Numbered from the whole stretch's first letter, positions 12,131-24,445 are shown. The stretch is 63,348 nucleotides of DNA, filler included, from Basidiobolus ranarum (GCA_040143965.1; 5 parts of 5 records of this genome joined end to end with filler, not necessarily neighbours in it); one strand, 5' to 3'. Translations and numbers: made by a program. Notes: a model not told the origin generated them from the sequence alone.

Positions 12131-12632
12131 CTAGTAGCCTATTTTCTTTGTAGCAAGAGCAAACACATGTATATGACCCTTAATGTTCTTTTGATACGGA
12201 TGGATGTCGTATATTTCCTTCGCAGTAGGGAATATTACATACGCAATCTCTTTGCTGGGATCCAGGTCTTTCTCAACAGTGTAAATTCGCAAGTCTCTAG
12301 GTCCGTGATTACCGGCCAATCCTTTGATTGCGACGGTATTGCCTGGGGCTACTTCTATTCTCCAGTTCCAATCGGTGGACCCTACTCTCTCGACCTGCGT
12401 AGTGCAATCGGTATAGACAATCGTAAATTTGCCGCCAAAGTTACCCATATCGCTTGACAAAAGGAATCCGAGGCGAGTGGCACCAGGAACTGATGTGACC
12501 TTCACCTTTTGTCCTGCCTCTATCCAGTTGTCTGATTTACCCTTACCCCAGTAGGGCAAGGTGAATTTATAGCCGTTAACGCTGACTACCTTTCCGGGGC
12601 CCCAACCAGCCTTTAACAATGACATAGCGGAG
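12131..12632 (-). CDS. 3' end (cut by contig end) of a gene with a bacterial-type beta-sandwich module of the kind appended to actinobacterial glycoside hydrolases
   Basis: No intron in the visible part, and the frame is open into the gap. Pattern SAMSLLKAGWGPG..V.VNG..FTLP......DNW...GQ...LGFL...G...G.FTIVYTD.TTQ.....DW...LDPSK.IA.V.FP...HIHVFAL resembles a module I recall at the C-termini of actinobacterial GH92-type proteins. Confidence 0.6.
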
Positions 12633-12732
12633 NNNNNNNNNNNNNNNNNNNNNNNNNNNNNNNNNNNNNNNNNNNNTTAATTAATTAANNNNNNNNNNNN
12701 NNNNNNNNNNNNNNNNNNNNNNNNNNNNNNNN
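12633..12732. other. Artificial contig spacer (N44-TTAATTAATTAA-N44)
   Basis: 100-bp spacer with a six-frame stop linker, identical to the three others. Confidence 0.97.
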
Positions 12733-13813
12733 CAATCTCAGCACGTCGTCAGCATGAACATGGAGATTTTGAAATAGAAACATTCGTAGTGGAGGATCTT
12801 TTGGTCACACTCCATCAACCGGAGGGATTTCGCCCGTACAATATCTCCATTTTCTCGGCAAGTTTTCCAATACTACGCAAGCAATGGTTGATGTACGACG
12901 TTATATGTGCTGACTCTATCGTTGGTATGGTAGACAACTGCCTGTTCAGTGTACACAAGCCACAAACTGTATGGACGAGTGGGGATTTTGAGAAGGAGTT
13001 GAAGCATGCCCGAATCTCTCACTTTAAGATCGATGGATTGAACATTGACCATTTAAATGCCGGTGTAGACGGACCATTTGGTTGGATCACCTCTGGCACC
13101 GTGGATATTTCTGCTTATATAATGATACCTCAGAATCCCGACAACCCGGTATTCAAGCTGATGGTCAAGGAGTTGATAGATAGGTTTGATGATGTGGTAG
13201 ACTTTGAGAAGCCCATTTTAGTCATCAGCACTGGAGATAACAACACAAAAGTCATTACGTTGAACGACATGCTCAAGGATGTTCGAGCGAAATCCAATAC
13301 CAAGCCAACTCCATTAGATCCCGAGGCCTCCTTGGTCATGAATATGGATATTCGATTCAACAATATCAAAGCGGTGGTTCCTTTACAGACTCAAGATGTC
13401 ACCTACGTCAATAATGCCCTCATTCGTCCCATAGTGGCGTATATGAATGCTAATCGTACGCGCCTTCCCATCAAATGCCAGTTAAAGCTTGACTTGGTAA
13501 GTGTTTCCTTGGATATAGCCAACTGATCTCAATACTAACTTTGCTACTCCATATCCAGTCCAATTTTGATGGGTCTTGGACGATCTACGACAGTTGTTTG
13601 GTTGACTCTCTTTCCGAAGAGGTAGGGAAAGCATTCGCTCAATTGGTCCAGGACGAACGTGAGCGCAATCGTCGTTTGAAACGAGTTGGTCTTTGGAGTT
13701 TGCAAAGCATCACTAGAAGCTTGATTAGTCTATTTGAGTACGCTCGAGGCACGCGTGGCTTTTGGCACTTTATGGGCTTGACTGATTTGTACGACCATCC
13801 TATCAGATCATGA
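12733..13813 (+). CDS. MDM31: Mitochondrial distribution and morphology protein Mdm31/Mdm32, 3' part (intron 13497-13558)
   Basis: RRQHEHGDFEIETFVVEDLLVTLHQPEGFRPYNISIF, LRKQWLMYD, IDGLNIDHLNAGVDGPFGWI, NNALIRPIVAYMN, FDGSWTIYD and RRLKRVGLWSL are characteristic of Mdm31. Confidence 0.92.
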
Positions 13814-14437
13814 ATCCCGTCACTTTCCTGTGCTCCTTTCTCTCTCTACACGAACTACCCTCCCACCCGTGATTGTCTCCCATGCATCCAACATCATTGT
13901 CCAAATCAATTCCCATTCCCATTCCCACATTCCCATAAACGAAATCAATTTGGACATTTACGAGTGGTCAAATACCGATATTTCCTAGACTCCACTACTA
14001 TATTAATTTAGAAATAAATTAATCCCTCACCTACATTTCAGCATCCAAGCCACCTTTCTATCTATGCCTGTAAAATTGTGCCTAGATAACCCTCTTTTAG
14101 CCCAATACCATGGGTGAAATGGAATATTGGTAATAACAACATCTGGAGAATAGAGTTTCCGATGATTTAATCCATCAAAACCACCCAAGGCTTGAATAGT
14201 CCAAGAAATATTGATCATTTATAGTCAAAGAATCATGAATCTTTTCGAATATATGGCTATGCTGAAAGTGGCATAAATAAAATTAAGGATATATTAAAAG
14301 GATATGAATTTTGAAATAGAGTGCGTTGTAATTTGGAAATTTGTACAGTGTAGACAAGAGGGGATAAACAATCAACAGAAATCTTACCCTCGCGGCAAAG
14401 GATTCAAGCAGTATAGTTGAGCGTTGTTGACGAGCAC

Positions 14438-14704
14438 TTATTTACTCGAATTATTTTCCAACTCAAGTAGATACAATAGAAATCTGTCGTTAGAAAAGTC
14501 TCGAAACTCTGGGTGTCTGCTCTTAGAAGATTGAAATCTTTCCATCGTTTCCACGCTAAGCATCAGTGACTTTCTTTTTCTTTTGGCATCGAGTGAGGCA
14601 CGCCTTCCTGATTTCTCTAGTTTATCAGCTCGAGTGGGGGTAATATTCGTCCCTTGTTCGTATATCTTTTCATAGGTAGTATTGAGCTCAGGTTTGTCGC
14701 TCAT
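14438..14704 (-). CDS. Small hypothetical protein, possibly the last exon of a longer gene
   Basis: 88-aa ORF with a basic NLS-like KRKRK and protein-like composition. No family recognised. Confidence 0.3.
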   Translation of the reverse strand: MSDKPELNTTYEKIYEQGTNITPTRADKLEKSGRRASLDAKRKRKSLMLSVETMERFQSSKSRHPEFRDFSNDRFLLYLLELENNSSK

Positions 14705-16107
14705 CCGTGAAACCTTACTATTTAACTTGCTTGAAGTGCTCGTATCGTCAGATAATATCGTTTTCGTTGGTGGAATTACTGGTCAGGTATATTTAGAGAG
14801 AGTACTAGAAGTCACGGTGAATATTCAACACTACCTTTCTAACCCAGATATTCTTTCCGACAGTACTCCAGTACAAATAAATTCGAACGAAGAAAAGCTT
14901 TACAGATAGTGCATAAGTCTCCACCTGAAGTCGCCCTCGATATGGAGTTGAGTTAGGCTAGCGAAGAATACTGACTTTAGCCCTGTGAATAGGAAGTAAC
15001 GATCAACTTGAACAGTAAAAGTTAGCTTTTAAATTGAATCATGTCCATTAAAGATTCATATGGCTTCCAAGTCTGGAACACGTCTTCACTTTTAATATAC
15101 ACAAGTGATTGGATTTTGAATACACAATTTCATTTTTTCCATTGGTTGAGTCATCAGCATATTACCAGTCCTCATAGGGAGAAAGTGATTGGATAAGTCA
15201 TTAATTTAGCATTCAAAAGCATTTACGAATGTCTTGTCCATAGGAATTCGGTTCAATATGGCATAGGAAGGTAAATCAGCTAATCTCGGTACGCTCGAAC
15301 ATCGGGTCTCATGTGAAGAAACGGCAGACACTTTTGGAAATAAAGCTTGCTTACTAAATGAAGATGGCTGAACAGATCTGGTGTTACCGACTGGATGAAA
15401 GAGGCTTACATATGTAACCGGGTGGGTAACAAAAGCAGCACAAGCGTTACGAGGTTGTGTTATCGTTGTTTGCCATTTCTATATTGAGTGGTTTAAGCCA
15501 CCATTTAGGTAAAAGGTTTAAGAGCTTCTTTAATTGGATACAACAACAATTCATGCTGTTTGAAACACATTCGGGGATTGAAACTCTATAATTCGAGTTT
15601 ACGATTCAGTCACCCTGGTCTGCACCCTAACCCTAGTGGTTGTATGCTCTCTAGCGAATGGATGCAATGAGGAGCGAAACAAGGCATTGTGTGCTTCCCA
15701 AAGTCGACATTTTGACATTTGACTTATGCGACGATTATGCAACAAATCCATATTCTTATCTCTCCACAATTGGTTTGAATATCGGAAACGCCAAGTTAAG
15801 ATATCTGAAAATGGGAAGCTAATAATTGATCATTGGTCCATTTTATTGATAGGTTACAAGTCACTGATTTCACCCATTCACCAACCAACTTTTCACTTCC
15901 CATTCATCCCTTCTTAACTGCTGTATCTGTTTCCTCAGATTGTAGATTCGTTAATTCCCATCTTTCCTTAATCAAGTCCCATTATTAACTCACTTGTTTA
16001 ATTTCGGTCCGGCTTGCTCTCCCTTTCTACAGCCATTGAGAGCGTGTTAATTGTTCAGAGATATTTCTTTTCCTTAGATCGTCCACTTGTCCATTTGACG
16101 CGTCAAA

Positions 16108-17471
16108 ATGAATCCACTACTTCAAGCTCAATCACCAAACTTTCAGATCCCTCAATTTACACACGACCAAATAGCATCACTTCCCCCCTCTCCTAATCCT
16201 GCTGGTAGCCCATCACCTTCATCCCCCAATGTCAAAATAATGAACAATACTTTTGTTCATAAGCTTCACGGGTATTTTCTTCAAGAGAAAGGTTTCTTTC
16301 AGCTTTGTTTCTAATGTTCCTTTGTCTTAGGATGGTGGAAGATAAACAGTATCAACATCTGATCTCGTGGAATTACTCTGGAACTTCCTTCATTGTTTGT
16401 AACATAGTAGAATTCTCGAGAGAAGTTTTGCCCAAACATTTCAAGCATAATAATTTCTCTAGTTTCGTAAGACAACTTAATATGTAAGTAAACTCTACGC
16501 TTATTTCATAGGGACATTTGAGTTGCGCTTTATCCTAACAGGGAGATTTTAATCATCTTGGTAGGTATGGGTTTCACAAGGTGAACAAGTCACCACGAGG
16601 ACATCGTACTTTAGCTGAAAACCAGATCTGGGAATTCTCACATCCCAAATTCTTACGAGGTCGTCCAGACCTTCTCGATGATATTAAGAGAAAATCCATG
16701 GAATCCGAAACACTTCGTCGCGAAACAGGTGACTTGCATGCTCATATTACTATGATGCAGGTTGCTCAATCCGATATGATGCAACAATTGGCTAATCTTC
16801 AACAGAATCTTTCTGAGGTTGTCAGAGAGTTATCTGACACGAAGAGAAAGCAAGATATGCAGCAACAAATGATGAAGAATATGTTTGATTATATTCAACA
16901 GCAAAATCCAACTCCGGGATCTCGTAAGTTATCGTGTTTGATTTTTCTTTTGTGATCTGATCTGAACATTTCATGGGATTATCTTGTAGCGCTACCTCCG
17001 GAGCTCAACCTCGATAACCTTCATCTTAAATCCGAGAACGACAGGCCACCGATATACATTACCACGCCGGATGGAGCTAACAACGTGTTCAATAATCTAC
17101 AATTTGCCAATCAACGTTTCAATAACTCCAATCAGAGCTACAATGCTCAGAGCAATAATTACAGCCCTCAACACGCCGTCACCAATGTGCCATCTTTTGG
17201 CCGAAACGGTCTACAGATTCAGGTGGATCCCAACTATCTAAACAACGGAAATAATGGTAATATGATGCAGTCGCCGCTTTCTCCTGTGTCCCTGCAAAAT
17301 TATAACCAAGCCGTAAATACACCCCTTCCACCATCTCCCATGCCTGGGTCGCCCATGGGGAACCTGGTCTCCGATGATGACATCAATAGCCCAATTTACA
17401 GTTCCAGTCCTCAAGGCAATTACCGTAATTCCGATTATACAGGAGACGGGGATGCTTTGTTCGATATTTAG
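16108..17471 (+). CDS. HSF-type DNA-binding transcription factor (Skn7/Prr1/Sfl1-like DBD), 4 exons
   Basis: TFVHKLH.MVED...LISW...GTSFIV...[32 protein letters not shown]...WEFSHPKFLRGRPDLLDDIKRK, followed by a coiled coil and an N/Q/P-rich tail. Confidence 0.92.
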
Positions 17472-18354
17472 AGTAGAATTTTTCAATTTCCCTTTCCATT
17501 TCCATTTCCCAACCATTTATTAAGATTTTTTGATTTCTCTTGGGTGTTTTGTCTATTTTTACTCCACTTCACTCCAATCCCAGTTGTACACAACCGCAAC
17601 CGCAACCACAACCACAACCACAATTTCTTCCTAATCTCTTGAAAACAATGGAATGAATACATGTAGGTGTAAGACTACGCTAATAGTTGTGAAATATTTG
17701 TAGTGATAGTAGTGATATTTCATTAAATCTCTCAATACATTGATATTCTCTCTCATTTCCTAGAAGATCGAAAGAGATTCTAGCAGGTTCTCAGTGCGTA
17801 AGATCCTTGAGATTCTATACCTCAACGCATAAATCCGAGTGGGCAGATGAAATGTTTCAAGTGAGTTTCTAGGCAGAAGAATTTGTATGGTGAGAAGATC
17901 AGTCATGATAAACCTCCATACTAACACATCTATTCATACCACCCTACCTATAATAACCATCGTATGGACGAGTTATATCATACTGCATCACTTGTGGGTA
18001 TAAATATGTTACAAACCATGTTCCTTACCTGCAGAGATATCAAACACTGTACATATAGATCATTTCGATGAATGAAAGAAACATCCATTTCTAACCAAGT
18101 TTGAAGTCAAGTAAAATGAAGAATAATTCATTTGAAAATTCCTATTCTTATTCTAATTCACATCTATACTTGAACAATTCACTCTCTCAAACCTATAAAT
18201 AATCCTACCATTTCCAACCTAGAAAGATTGTCTTTCTTGAATCTAATTCGGAATTTTCCTTCTCATTTTTCATTCATCATTCTATTGAACAGAATCTAAT
18301 CTTTTCCTCTCCTCTCCTCTCCCTCCCATTCATTCATTTAATTCCATTATCAAT

Positions 18355-19347
18355 ATGAAATTTCATTCTATCAGTTTAGAATTACTTTTACTGAGTGGTA
18401 TGGTGACTAGTCTTCCATTGAAATCTACTTATACTACTGGTAATTCACCAAGTAATCCTATCTATCCCAAGGATTCAGTGAAATCTTCGACTAATTTTGG
18501 AAATCAATATTCGGCTGATTTGGATATCTATAAAGAGAGTGATAAATCTTTGGTTAAGAAACCTACCTCTACTGTGGATGGGAAATATACTTCGGTTAAA
18601 TGTACTGAGGATTGTGATTCAAAGTTGAATGAGAAGGAGGATGAATTAGAGACTGATCATAAACCATCGGCTTGTGATGATGGCTGTGGTGAAGACAAGG
18701 ATGAAGATGATTCCCCTGCTTGTGATGATGGTTGTGGTGATCATAAAGATGATGATGATGAGGAGGAATCACATGTCTGCGATGATGGTTGCGGTAACGA
18801 CAAGGATGAAGATGATTCCCCTGCCTGTGATAATGGTTGCGGTGATGATGAAGAAGATGACGAGGAGGAGGACTCGCCTTGTGATGGTGGTTGCCATGAT
18901 GATAAAGAGGACGAATCTAAGTGTGATAATGGCTGTGACGAAGACGATGAAGATGATAAACCAAAATGTGATGATGGTTGCGGTGAGGAGGAAGAAGACG
19001 AAGATGATTCATCTAAATGTGACGATGGTTGTGGCGACGAGGAAGAAGATGAAGACGATTCTCCTAAATGTGATGACGGTTGTGGTGGTGAGGAGGAGGA
19101 TGAGGATAATACACCAAAGTGTGATGATGGCTGTGGAGATGAGGAAGAGGAAGATTCATCGGAATGTAATGATGGTTGTGATGATAAGAAAGAGAGCCAG
19201 TGTGATAATGGTTGTGACGAAGACGATGATGACAAAGATAACGACAAATGTGACGATGGATGTGACCCTGAACCATCGGAGGACTGTGAGGAAGATGAGG
19301 AAGAGGAGGAAGAAGAAGTAAGCACATGCACAGATGGATGTTACTAG
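18355..19347 (+). CDS. Secreted acidic Cys-rich repeat protein with 14 CxxGC units
   Basis: Single 330-aa ORF with a signal-peptide-like N-terminus (MKFHSISLELLLLSGMVTS/LP), TATAAAT at ~18194, and CDDGC-type repeats separated by Asp/Glu tracts. Confidence 0.85.
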   Translation: MKFHSISLELLLLSGMVTSLPLKSTYTTGNSPSNPIYPKDSVKSSTNFGNQYSADLDIYKESDKSLVKKPTSTVDGKYTSVKCTEDCDSKLNEKEDELETDHKPSACDDGCGEDKDEDDSPACDDGCGDHKDDDDEEESHVCDDGCGNDKDEDDSPACDNGCGDDEEDDEEEDSPCDGGCHDDKEDESKCDNGCDEDDEDDKPKCDDGCGEEEEDEDDSSKCDDGCGDEEEDEDDSPKCDDGCGGEEEDEDNTPKCDDGCGDEEEEDSSECNDGCDDKKESQCDNGCDEDDDDKDNDKCDDGCDPEPSEDCEEDEEEEEEEVSTCTDGCY

Positions 19348-19543
19348 GAGTGTTTGTTTACTTGGATTATACACCTGTGACCTCTCTACATCGATTTACT
19401 TCAAAACGTCTTTAAAATATTTTTGATTTCTCCATATTTATAAAACTTTAAAGAAAATTAGTCGTAATAAAGCTAAATGACTATAAATTTTTCAATATGA
19501 CAAAGGTTTTTATAATGACATTTATAATACATGAATTGAGGAA

Positions 19544-20728
19544 TCAGTGTTGCTGATTTTGTCCACCTGCAAGATTGTTAATTAGACCGCCTAGAATGTT
19601 ACCGAATCCCCCAGACCCACCTTGTGACCCCTGCTGCTGAGGCTGCCCAGGTTGGTTATTACCAGTTTGACCGTATCCACCACCCTGTTGGTTGTTATCG
19701 GATTGGACAAATCCACCACTTGGTTGGTTATTACCACTTTGATTATATCCACCACCACCAGGTTGGCTACTGTCAGATTGAACGAACCCACCACCTGGTT
19801 GATTATTCCCACTTTGATTATATCCACCACCGGGTTGATTGTTGTCGGATTGAGCAAATCCAGTATTTTGTGTCTGCGATTGACCTTGTCCACCACCACC
19901 AAGGAGGGAACCAACAACACTCCCAAGGTTGATGCCAGCAATATTTACTCCTGAAGCATATTTCTGAACAATGCCAACCACCATATCCTGAGTAGGGGTT
20001 TTCTGGTTTAATTCTCGTTCGATGTTTTGCATCACAGAGTTTTCAAATACGGGCATAATATTGCCTGCAACCTGTTGAACTACTTGCTTGATTTTTTCCA
20101 AGATCTGGCCAAACCCTTGGTCTAATATTCCCCTTGAAGCCTCTCCTCCCATCGGATTAAGAACATCACGGACAGCCCCAGGCATGCTCTCAGTAAGCTT
20201 ATTGTAAATATCCTGACCAGCCTGGTGAACATGTGGTCGTACCCGTTCAAGTGCAAGGTTAATCACAGATTCACGGCCTTGATTTAAAAAGTCTGTGTTC
20301 AAGGCGCGACTCTTCTCTTCTTCACCTCCGATATCACGAGATGCTTCTTTGGTACCTGCGCCACCCAATTTGTTCGATATAGTCTGTTTGCACTCCGTGA
20401 CGATAGAGTTGGTTAAATAATCCACGGTTCCAGTTGAGGCTCGGTCTACTTGATCTCGGGAGATTTGAGTGAGTTTCTCTTCGATATTCTCAAATACATT
20501 ACCAACAGTCGAGGTGACCTTTTGCATCATATTATCAATGAATCCTCGATCCTGGACATCTCGAGTGCCTGTGCCACCACCCCCACCACCGAGGATGCCT
20601 TGGATAGCTGGAGGCAGCTTCGTAATCAACTCTTGCTTCGTTTCACGGACATTGGTATCTACATGCTGATGTATTGCTGGTTGAAAGTTATCCACAAAAC
20701 CATTTAAAACCTGTCCTAGAGCTTCCAT
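19544..20728 (-). CDS. Hypothetical helical-repeat protein with a Gly/Gln/Asn-rich C-terminal repeat region
   Basis: Long intronless ORF. A TATAAAAT lies just upstream of the 20770 ATG, so the ATG at 20728 (MEALGQVL) is the more likely start. C-terminal repeats of the form Q(S/T)(G/D)NNQ(P/Q)GGG(F/Y). Confidence 0.75.
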   Translation of the reverse strand: MEALGQVLNGFVDNFQPAIHQHVDTNVRETKQELITKLPPAIQGILGGGGGGTGTRDVQDRGFIDNMMQKVTSTVGNVFENIEEKLTQISRDQVDRASTGTVDYLTNSIVTECKQTISNKLGGAGTKEASRDIGGEEEKSRALNTDFLNQGRESVINLALERVRPHVHQAGQDIYNKLTESMPGAVRDVLNPMGGEASRGILDQGFGQILEKIKQVVQQVAGNIMPVFENSVMQNIERELNQKTPTQDMVVGIVQKYASGVNIAGINLGSVVGSLLGGGGQGQSQTQNTGFAQSDNNQPGGGYNQSGNNQPGGGFVQSDSSQPGGGGYNQSGNNQPSGGFVQSDNNQQGGGYGQTGNNQPGQPQQQGSQGGSGGFGNILGGLINNLAGGQNQQH

Positions 20729-21679
20729 ATTGTAAAAACGAGATAGACTAATGCTATTTCGGCCCAGCATTGCTTATTTTATAGTAAATGGCTACATGGC
20801 TCGTCATCATGGCTGACTCGTAGTTTAGTTTAAAGAATGATATCATTGGTCATACTTTGTCACACAATGCATATATAGTTCTAATTTCAATGGTATTTTC
20901 ATTTGAAAGATGACGGTGCTTTAACAGAAGTATGAAGTTAACCTTGGCGTTAAAAAAAATGGATTCAAGTTACTTCACTCGATTCCCGAGTCTCTTTTTC
21001 ACCAATTCTCTCTCTACTCAGTCGGGGGCTGCGAGCACCAGAGGTTTGAATGAGCGCACTACAAAGTATAATCTTAAATCCAAAATAATCCACTACGATT
21101 GGCTTTCATTACAAATGTTGTTTAAGAATGTCTAAATCCTAAAGTATATCTAATCAAATATATTGCCATGGTTACTTTTGGAGCGTGTCACTCTAAATCA
21201 CCCAACCCTATTCCGTCACTCTAAACCATATCTAGCAATATATTTAAATGGACTGAGAGTGATTCATGGTGTTAATTGCAACAGCGTTTTGCGTGGACTC
21301 ATATATTTCTACCACTCAAACAGTGTGTATGCTTGGCCAAGCACTTTATGTAAATAGCGAAAACTTCCGCAGATTGCAACTATCCCCAGCCAGATCTTTT
21401 AAACCTGAATCAACATTATATGCATATATCTTTGTTGAATCAACTTGCATATTTGTTGACAGTTCCGATTTCGGTTATGGTTATGGTTGTGGTTATGACT
21501 ACAATTATGGTTCATTCAAATATTAACTTGTCCTACATTATGTTCCACAATGAAACAAGGTCTTGAACGACTCTTATATAGATATGAAAGAATCCATCAA
21601 TGCAGCTATCATCCTATTTCTTCGTATAAATTTAACCACCGGTTTTGTCAACTTTCAACTGAATATTTGAAACTACAGA

Positions 21680-22634
21680 ATGGAGACAGAGACACCAAAA
21701 AAAAATAGGTGAGAATTAGAGTGCAGTAAAAGAAACTCCAACTGTGTATTAGGCCCCACTTAATATTTCTTCCTTAACCCTAACTGCTCCTAATTATAGT
21801 GTGGTGGTGAAGGTTGGTCTCGTGGGAGATGCTCAAATAGGTAAAACGAGTCTGATGGTGAAATATGTTGAAGGAGCTTTTGATGAAGATTACATCCAGA
21901 CTCTAGGTAGGTTTATTCCAACGAAAAGCAACAGGAGAATATACATACTTATCAGAGTATTGTAGGGGTTAACTTCATGGAAAAAACCATACACATTAGA
22001 AATACGGAGATAACTTTCAGTTTGTGGGACCTTGGAGGTAAGTCGGATTCAACAATCAATTTTACTCCTTATAAACGTGCTCTACTTCAACTCTAAACCT
22101 TTTTATAAATAGGTCAACGTGAATTCATCAACATGCTTCCACTAGTTTGTAATGATGCTGTGGCGATTCTTTTTTTGTTTGATCTATCTCGAAAGTCAAC
22201 GCTGAATAGTATCAAGGAGTGGTATCGTCAAGCTAGAGGATTCAATAAGGTATTGTCAGTGTCACAACGAGACTAATGGTAATTAATACTTACAGAGAAT
22301 GATCTATTAGACCGCTATTCCCATATTAGTTGGCACCAAATATGACCAATTTGCAGAATGTGCCCCGGAGGAGCAAGAGGAGGTGACCAGACAGGTAAAT
22401 CAAGCTGATGACCCATTTGATATCATCATCGCTGACAAGTTCATTTTCGAATCATATCAGGCAAGGAAATTCTCCAAAGTAATGCGCGCACCTTTAATCT
22501 TCTGCTCTACTTCACATTCCATCAACGTACAAAAGATTTTCAAGATCGTTTTAAGCAAGGCCTTTGACCTAAGATGTACAATTCCTGAAATCTCCGATGT
22601 GGGCGCTCCCATCCTTGAGTACACCATTGAATGA
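21680..22634 (+). CDS. TEM1: Septation/mitotic exit GTPase Tem1/Spg1, multi-exon
   Basis: [61 protein letters not shown], and [24 protein letters not shown]. Confidence 0.95.
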
Positions 22635-22883
22635 AAGAGCTAGATTCATTTAACAATTCCTTTCCCATCTTGATGTAAATCTCGTGGTCGTCTCACACAG
22701 TGTCCACCTGATACTTTTTTCACTTCACTATCTTTGTATAATTGTTTCAAGAACACCCCCATAAAATATCCATTTTCAATTATTGTCTAACACATACCTT
22801 CTTTCAATTAGCAACACTTCTCACACTACATTTCTATAAACTAAAGCCACCTCAGCCTACTGAATGTGAATCAGAGTTACAGT

Positions 22884-24240
22884 TGTTGAAATTAGCATTG
22901 CCTAAACACCTATATAGTCATATATAGCTTAGTATTTAGTAATCCTATATTGAACTAAGATATTACCCATAATTCTCATGAGGAACTTACTTATAAGTTC
23001 TCTAATATATAGATTCTTCAAACCTATGTTAGAAGCCTCAAACTTTGCACACATATTTCTAGGGCCTTCCTTAAAACATTCTATATGTTAGTCTCTTTAC
23101 ATCTTGATAAAAGTATAAATGCCAACTTTCTACTCAACAAATCAATAAGTGAAAACCACCAATTTCTCTAATTCTCCAAATCACTTCCAACTGGCTCCCA
23201 AAAAACCTTAATAGGTTATTAGCCCCAAGCTGGCACCCTCTGTAATGTCTACTTCCAAAATATCTGGAACTTATCCCTCTTCTGAAACATTGAACAGAAC
23301 CAAGTTTCAAGTTTGATATATTGAAATGAAGACAGACTTTGGGGTGCTATTGTAGGTGAAGAAAACAATGCAGAACTGTATGGAACCAAAGCTTTACTCC
23401 AGTTTAAGGAAGAGCAAAGTGCCTTTTACATAATTTATCTTACTGTTAAAGACAAATTGCTAATTCAATGTTCAACACCAAAAACTGCCAAGAAGGTATG
23501 GAAAGCTTGGTAAGATACCTACCAAACATTATCTGCTGCCAACAAGATGAATGAAGCATAGGATTTCTACACAATTTGTCTTGATGCTAAAGACAAATTG
23601 CTAATTCAATGCTCAAGAGCCAAATGGTCAAGAAGGCATGGAAGTTGAAAGACACCTACCAAACATGTTCTGCTGCCAAAAAAATACTTCTAAGAAGACA
23701 ACTCTTCAACCCAAAAATACAACTAGGAGAAGCACTAAATCACTAATTCATAAAGTCAATGTTTCAATAGATGAAACAGAATACATTTGAGTACCTACCA
23801 CTGATCAGGATAACATAGTAACAGTCCTCAAAAGCCTGCTACACAATATACAGAGTGTGGTAATTGCTCTGACATCCAAAAATGAATATGTAACCTTAAG
23901 TTATATAATTGGCAGACTCCTGAATGAAGATTAACAGCAATCAGGATCAAGCCAAAGGAATGAAGACAATGCTTTTATAAGCTATGGGAAACCATCCTAT
24001 TAAGGGCAAAATCACTTTAAGAAGAAAGTTAATGCACTCTGTGCTCACTTTAAAAGAACTGACTATTCAAGCAAAGATCACTTCAAAAAAATTGTAGGAA
24101 GAAAACTTACTTGATCCAAATGTGCAGCTGCCAAACATGATCATTAGTTAGTATCCACTGAATCTATGACTACCTACAAGGACTCTCAGATATGGCACAG
24201 TGGTTCTGGAGCCTCCCAATAACTTACAAATGAAGAAATA
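22884..24240 (+). mobile_element. Degenerate Ty1/Copia element: LTR 22884-23213, PBS, decayed gag and protease start
   Basis: LTR begins TGTTGAAATTAGC and is followed by GGTTATTAGCCCC. The gag is homologous to the 24826 ORF but has stops, frameshifts and an internal ~90-bp duplication (~23448 and ~23589). A W.SGSGAS protease-like remnant lies at ~24192-24220. Confidence 0.88.
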
Positions 24241-24445
24241 TTGGATAATCAATCTTGATTCAATATCTTGAACAACTTTAGCTTAGAAACATATATCAGA
24301 AACAGAAATCAACACATCTATATCCTCAATATTAAAATTAGGAATATCTCTATAACTATACACCAAGTGTATATTATTACCACCCCCCCTTATCTAATAT
24401 TTCTTATACAAACTCCTGAATATCTCAAACAATTGATGTACTTCT

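Noticed and set aside
11957-12457. 166-aa plus-strand ORF
   Set aside because: Antisense to the better-supported 12131-12632 minus-strand gene.
18674-19374. Overlapping Met/Val-rich, poly-Ser and His-rich ORFs
   Set aside because: They are alternative-frame and antisense shadows of the GAT/GAA-rich CxxGC gene.
19591-19954. Several 100-116-aa ORFs with repeats
   Set aside because: They are shadows of the Gly/Gln repeat region of the 19544-20728 gene.
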